Source: Campylobacterales bacterium (GTDB lineage: Bacteria > Campylobacterota > Campylobacteria > Campylobacterales > QNZT01). From it: a DNA stretch of 31,042 bases. The stretch is from the NCBI GenBank assembly GCA_027080605.1, contig JALWRO010000021.1, positions 1 through 31,042 on the forward strand, in the 5' to 3' direction. Positions 27,280 to 31,042 of the stretch are shown one piece after another. A program made the translations under genes and the position numbers. Within the stretch, counting starts at the first letter, position 1; every line of letters starts with the position of its first letter. The notes below the pieces were generated by a model, which was not told the DNA's origin, made no database searches, and worked only from the letters and a program-made list of their open reading frames with translations.

Positions 27280-27340
27280 CTGCCCTTAATAAGCAGGCTG
27301 AGTAGTATCGGCTTGTGTAGTTCAGCAAAAAGGTGACAGT

Positions 27341-27622
27341 ATGTTTTTAGATGACGACGACGATATCTTCGGAGGAAGTCCCCGAAAAAAATATTTCGAT
27401 ATTATTTTCAACGCGAACCGAAATCTCGTAGAAGATGAACTTGCCAAAAATCTTGAAAAACTGGCGGCGTATGAGTTGCTGTTTGAAGAGATGATGGGCG
27501 AAGAGAAAGATATCATGCAGATTATCCAGAACTATATCTGGGAAAATCCCGATAAAGTCAAAGAGAAGCAGACAAGCCTTTTTATTGAAGGAATGGGAGA
27601 TATTTTAACGAAAAATGAGTAG
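27341..27622 (+). CDS. DUF2018-like conserved hypothetical protein
   Basis: Acidic 93-aa protein with IFGGSPRKKYFDIIFNANRNLVE and GDILTKNE; position upstream of ispB-hemA-proS. Confidence 0.75.
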   Translation: MFLDDDDDIFGGSPRKKYFDIIFNANRNLVEDELAKNLEKLAAYELLFEEMMGEEKDIMQIIQNYIWENPDKVKEKQTSLFIEGMGDILTKNE

Positions 27623-28046
27623 GATACTGCTCATAGTTTCCGTGCTGGTGACACTGCTGTCTGCCGGGACGGAAAATTTTGATTTCACTCATCTGTTCAC
27701 GCTGAAAAAAGATCAGACGGCAGTGGTGGAAATCATCAAAGATTATCCCCGTACGTTCAGACATGAAGGGGTTTTGCGGTTTCGCTGGACTCTCTATCAT
27801 AACAAAGAACTGGTATTGCTGGTAGATTACGAAGGATTTAAAACCCAGTATATACTGGAGACCAGATATGGGAAAAATACGATCAAACTCTTTTTGACAG
27901 GAGATTATCCACGTCTCGACAAACGACCGTTTATGTTGCTGAGTTTTAGTGATTTCGATACCAAAACGAAGCGTGCAAAATTGCTGACAGAGTTTGCGGA
28001 TCCGGAAAAACGTCTGGAGATAAGAGTCAAAAAACCTGAAAAGTAA
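27615..28046 (+). CDS. Exported hypothetical protein
   Basis: Signal peptide MSRILLIVSVLVTLLSA; LRFRWTLY motif; coupled to its neighbours. Confidence 0.78.
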   Translation: MSRILLIVSVLVTLLSAGTENFDFTHLFTLKKDQTAVVEIIKDYPRTFRHEGVLRFRWTLYHNKELVLLVDYEGFKTQYILETRYGKNTIKLFLTGDYPRLDKRPFMLLSFSDFDTKTKRAKLLTEFADPEKRLEIRVKKPEK

Positions 28047-28054
28047 AGGTACTT

Positions 28055-28948
28055 ATGTTAGAAAACGTCGAATCACTCATGCTGGAGTATGTCAGTGATG
28101 TTGATACCCACGCCAGATCACTCTACGAAAAGATTCCGAAAGGAAAGCGTCTGCGTGCCAAACTTGTGTTGAAAATCGCTCCTGAAGCTTCCGAATCTGT
28201 CAAACTTGCAGCTATTGTCGAGTTGATTCACGCCGCAAGTCTTCTGCACGACGATGTCATCGATGAGGCCACTACCCGACGGGGTATTCCCTCTATCAAT
28301 GCGACACATGACAGTAAAACTGCCGTCATGCTGGGTGATATTCTCTATTCAAAAGCATTTTGCGAATTGACCGCATTTTCACCCTTTGTCGCCCGAAAAA
28401 TTGCCGATGCCGTCACAAAGCTCTCCGCCGGCGAACTGCTGGATGTGGAATATTCCAAAGCGTTGCAGCTGAATGAAGAAAAATATTTTGATATGATCTA
28501 TAAAAAAACCGCGGTATTGATCGAGGCGACAGCGGCGAGTGCAGCGGCGCTGGCAGGTAAAGAGAGTGCGGCTTTTGGACTCTACGGCAAAAATCTGGGA
28601 CTCGCTTTTCAGATTATCGATGATGTGCTCGATATCACATCGGACAGTGAAAAACTGGGTAAACCTGTACTGGCGGATTTCAAAGAGGGGAAAACGACAT
28701 TGCCCTATATTTACCTTTACCGGACATTAAACGATGCAGACCGTCAAAAGCTGATCCAGCTTTACCGAAAAGAGCTGGAGACAGGTGAAGCCCTCTGGAT
28801 CAAACAGAAGATGCAGGAGAGCGGCGCCGTCATGAAGTCGATTGCTCTGGCTCAGGAATTGGGAAGAGAAGCGCTGGATGCAATTGCGTCAGATAAGAAC
28901 CATGCACTGGAAAAAGTGATTACGGATATGATAGAAAGAGAGTTTTAA
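28055..28948 (+). CDS. ispB: Polyprenyl (octaprenyl-type) diphosphate synthase
   Basis: GKRLR, LLHDDVID, FQIIDDVLD, DFKEGK. Confidence 0.93.
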   Translation: MLENVESLMLEYVSDVDTHARSLYEKIPKGKRLRAKLVLKIAPEASESVKLAAIVELIHAASLLHDDVIDEATTRRGIPSINATHDSKTAVMLGDILYSKAFCELTAFSPFVARKIADAVTKLSAGELLDVEYSKALQLNEEKYFDMIYKKTAVLIEATAASAAALAGKESAAFGLYGKNLGLAFQIIDDVLDITSDSEKLGKPVLADFKEGKTTLPYIYLYRTLNDADRQKLIQLYRKELETGEALWIKQKMQESGAVMKSIALAQELGREALDAIASDKNHALEKVITDMIEREF

Positions 28949-30276
28949 TGCGTTATCTCATCGCAAGTTTTACCCATAAAAATACCAATATAGAGACCAG
29001 AGAAAAATTGTCGTTTGCCGATACCGAACTGCGTAAAAAATTTTATGATGCTTTACTCTCCATTCCCGGAGTTCATGAAGCTTTGATACTTTCCACCTGC
29101 AATCGTGTAGAAATTCTTGTCAGTACCGAGGATCATACCGATTTAAAAAAGCAGATTCTGGAAAAGATTTGCGAGGTTACAGAGGTTTGCTGTGACGAGC
29201 TGGAGGGCAAAGGTGAAATTTACACGGACGGGCAGGCGATACACCATATTTTCAGCGTTGTATCTTCTCTCGACAGCCTTGTACTGGGGGAGACACAGAT
29301 TGTCGGTCAGGTAAAAGATGCGTTCAGTTTCTCTTATGAAAACGGTTACAGCGGGCAGAAGATAGCCCGTGTCATGCACAACGCCTTTCGCTGTTCCGCG
29401 ACAGTACGCAATGCGACCGATATTTCCAAAAATCCTATCTCCGTGGCGAGTGTTGCCGTCGCGAAGGCGAAAGAGATTTTCGGAGGTAATCTGGGTGGTT
29501 ATACCGGCGTGGTAGTAGGTGCGGGTGAGATGGGTGAACTGACTGCCAAACACCTTGCCAATGCCGGTGCAAATATTGTTCTCGTCAACCGGGATATGGG
29601 TAAAGCGCTTGAACTGGCGAAAAGAATCGATCAGGTGACTGTCACGGTGGAACCCTTTTCTGAACTTCCGAAGCTGGTCAACCACTACCGTCTGCTCTTT
29701 TCCGCGACAGGAGCGTCCGAGCCGATTATCACTAAAAGTATGGTCGAAGAGACGACGTTTGAACGACATTGGTTCGATATTGCCATTCCCCGCGACATTG
29801 AGCAGTGCCAGTGCGATAAACTGACAGTCTATGCGGTGGATGATTTAAAGAGTATTATGCAGCAAAATTTGCAGCTGCGGGAGCAAAATGCACAAAAAGC
29901 GTATGCCATTGTCGGAAAATTCACCGAAGATTTTTTCAAATGGCTTCAGACGCTTTCCGTCGATCCTATGATCAAAGAGATTCGCAAAAAAGCGCGGGAG
30001 TGCAGTCACAAAGAGTTGCAGCGTGCTATTAAAAAAGGGTATGTCCCCAAAGAGTATGAGAAACAGATTGAAAAGATCATTCATCAGGCTTTTAACACTT
30101 TTTTACATGAACCGACAGGCATTTTGAAAAATATTGCCGAGCAGCCGCAGGCGGATACAGTCGTACAGTCGATACAACTCTTTTTCAATCTCAATGCGGG
30201 GCAGCGCAAGGCACTCGATACCTACAAATGTGATTATCAGATACAAAAAGATCTATATAAAAAGGAGTCAAATTGA
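28948..30276 (+). CDS. hemA: Glutamyl-tRNA reductase
   Basis: [35 protein letters not shown]. Confidence 0.97.
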   Translation: MRYLIASFTHKNTNIETREKLSFADTELRKKFYDALLSIPGVHEALILSTCNRVEILVSTEDHTDLKKQILEKICEVTEVCCDELEGKGEIYTDGQAIHHIFSVVSSLDSLVLGETQIVGQVKDAFSFSYENGYSGQKIARVMHNAFRCSATVRNATDISKNPISVASVAVAKAKEIFGGNLGGYTGVVVGAGEMGELTAKHLANAGANIVLVNRDMGKALELAKRIDQVTVTVEPFSELPKLVNHYRLLFSATGASEPIITKSMVEETTFERHWFDIAIPRDIEQCQCDKLTVYAVDDLKSIMQQNLQLREQNAQKAYAIVGKFTEDFFKWLQTLSVDPMIKEIRKKARECSHKELQRAIKKGYVPKEYEKQIEKIIHQAFNTFLHEPTGILKNIAEQPQADTVVQSIQLFFNLNAGQRKALDTYKCDYQIQKDLYKKESN

Positions 30277-31042
30277 GACTAAGCAAACTCTTTGCCCCAA
30301 CCACCAAAGAAGCGCCCAAAGACGCTGTTTTACCAAGCCATATTTATCTGGTCAGAGGCGGTTTTATTGCCCAGATCGGAAGCGGTATTTACAACTATCT
30401 GCCGCTGGGAAAAATAGTGCTCGACAAGATTCGCGCGATTGTCAAAGAAGAGCTGGACAATGCCGGATGTGAAGAGGTGCTGCTGGGATTCATTACACCC
30501 TACGAACTCTGGAAAGAGAGCGGCAGATCGGAGAAATTCGGCAGAGAGCTGCTGCGTTTCAAAGATCGTAAAAACAATGACTTCGTTCTGGGACCAACCC
30601 ATGAAGAAGCGATGGTGGATCTTGTGCGCAACCGTGTCAAAAGCTACAAACAGCTGCCTTTGCATCTCTATCAAATCAATACCAAATTCCGTGACGAAGC
30701 GAGACCGAGGTATGGATTGCTGCGCGGACGTGAATTTATCATGGAGGATGGCTACAGCTTTCATGAGAGTGTGGAAGATATGCAGCGTGAATATGCGCTG
30801 ATGGAAAAAACATACGGCAAAATTCTTGATCGTCTGGGGCTGACATACCGCGCGGTGGAAGCGGACAGCGGCGCTATCGGCGGCAGCGGCTCCAAAGAGT
30901 TCATGGTGCTTGCCGAAAATGGTGAAGACGATATCGTCATCTGTGAGGGGTGTGATTACGCTGCCAATATCGAAGCGGCGAAGCGGGCAAAAAAAGCGGT
31001 TTCCAAAGAAGAGATCGAGATGACGCCGGGTGCGTTTCATAC
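30273..31042 (+). CDS. proS: Prolyl-tRNA synthetase, 3'-truncated by the window (missing from the ORF track)
   Basis: Hand translation from TTG 30273 (AAGGAG RBS): [23 protein letters not shown]...GIYNYLPLG...LGPTHEE...[18 protein letters not shown]. Confidence 0.96.
   Translation, partial: MRLSKLFAPTTKEAPKDAVLPSHIYLVRGGFIAQIGSGIYNYLPLGKIVLDKIRAIVKEELDNAGCEEVLLGFITPYELWKESGRSEKFGRELLRFKDRKNNDFVLGPTHEEAMVDLVRNRVKSYKQLPLHLYQINTKFRDEARPRYGLLRGREFIMEDGYSFHESVEDMQREYALMEKTYGKILDRLGLTYRAVEADSGAIGGSGSKEFMVLAENGEDDIVICEGCDYAANIEAAKRAKKAVSKEEIEMTPGAFH

Noticed and set aside
609-31040. Many long antisense or alternative-frame ORFs in the track (e.g. 609-1364, 2293-3096, 23049-23903, 30330-31040)
   Set aside because: They are shadows of well-supported genes on the other strand or frame, with no motifs or RBS.
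1-31042. CRISPR arrays, tRNA/rRNA genes, transposases, prophage or defence genes
   Set aside because: No regularly spaced direct repeats, tRNA/rRNA signatures or corresponding proteins were seen; nearly all sequence is accounted for by identified CDSs.

Overview
A 31-kb chromosomal window from a Campylobacterota (epsilonproteobacterial) genome. The assignment rests on protein similarity, gene order resembling Campylobacter/Helicobacter, and TGnTATAAT-type promoters; a free-living lineage is my inference. Most of it is housekeeping: dapE, pgi, galU, ridA, rplU, ahpC, metK-fdxA-ndk-yceD-rpmF-plsX-fabH-HIT, recO, gltBD, IMPase-accD-thiE-rlmH-dksA-hyp-dus, DUF2018-hyp-ispB-hemA-proS (3'-truncated). 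Two things stand out. (1) A non-coding 270-bp element (10388-10657) lies between an extended -10 box and metK. It is bounded by a perfect 33-bp inverted repeat enclosing two long imperfect hairpins (Y-shaped fold, G.U pairs favouring the + strand), and it has an alternative pairing option. It is either an unrecognised structured RNA/leader or a MITE-like insertion. (2) A tightly coupled four-gene glucosylglycerate module (GpgP-like phosphatase, glycerate kinase, GpgS, GH13_18 phosphorylase) sits between pgi and galU, giving synthesis and recycling in one operon. Smaller observations: a dense hairpin array between rplU and ahpC, a Pro/Glu repeat tail on AccD, probable internal promoters in AT-rich gene segments, and overlapping divergent promoters at recO/gltB. 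I found no tRNA, rRNA, CRISPR array or transposase. All calls are by eye; no database searches or folding programs were run.
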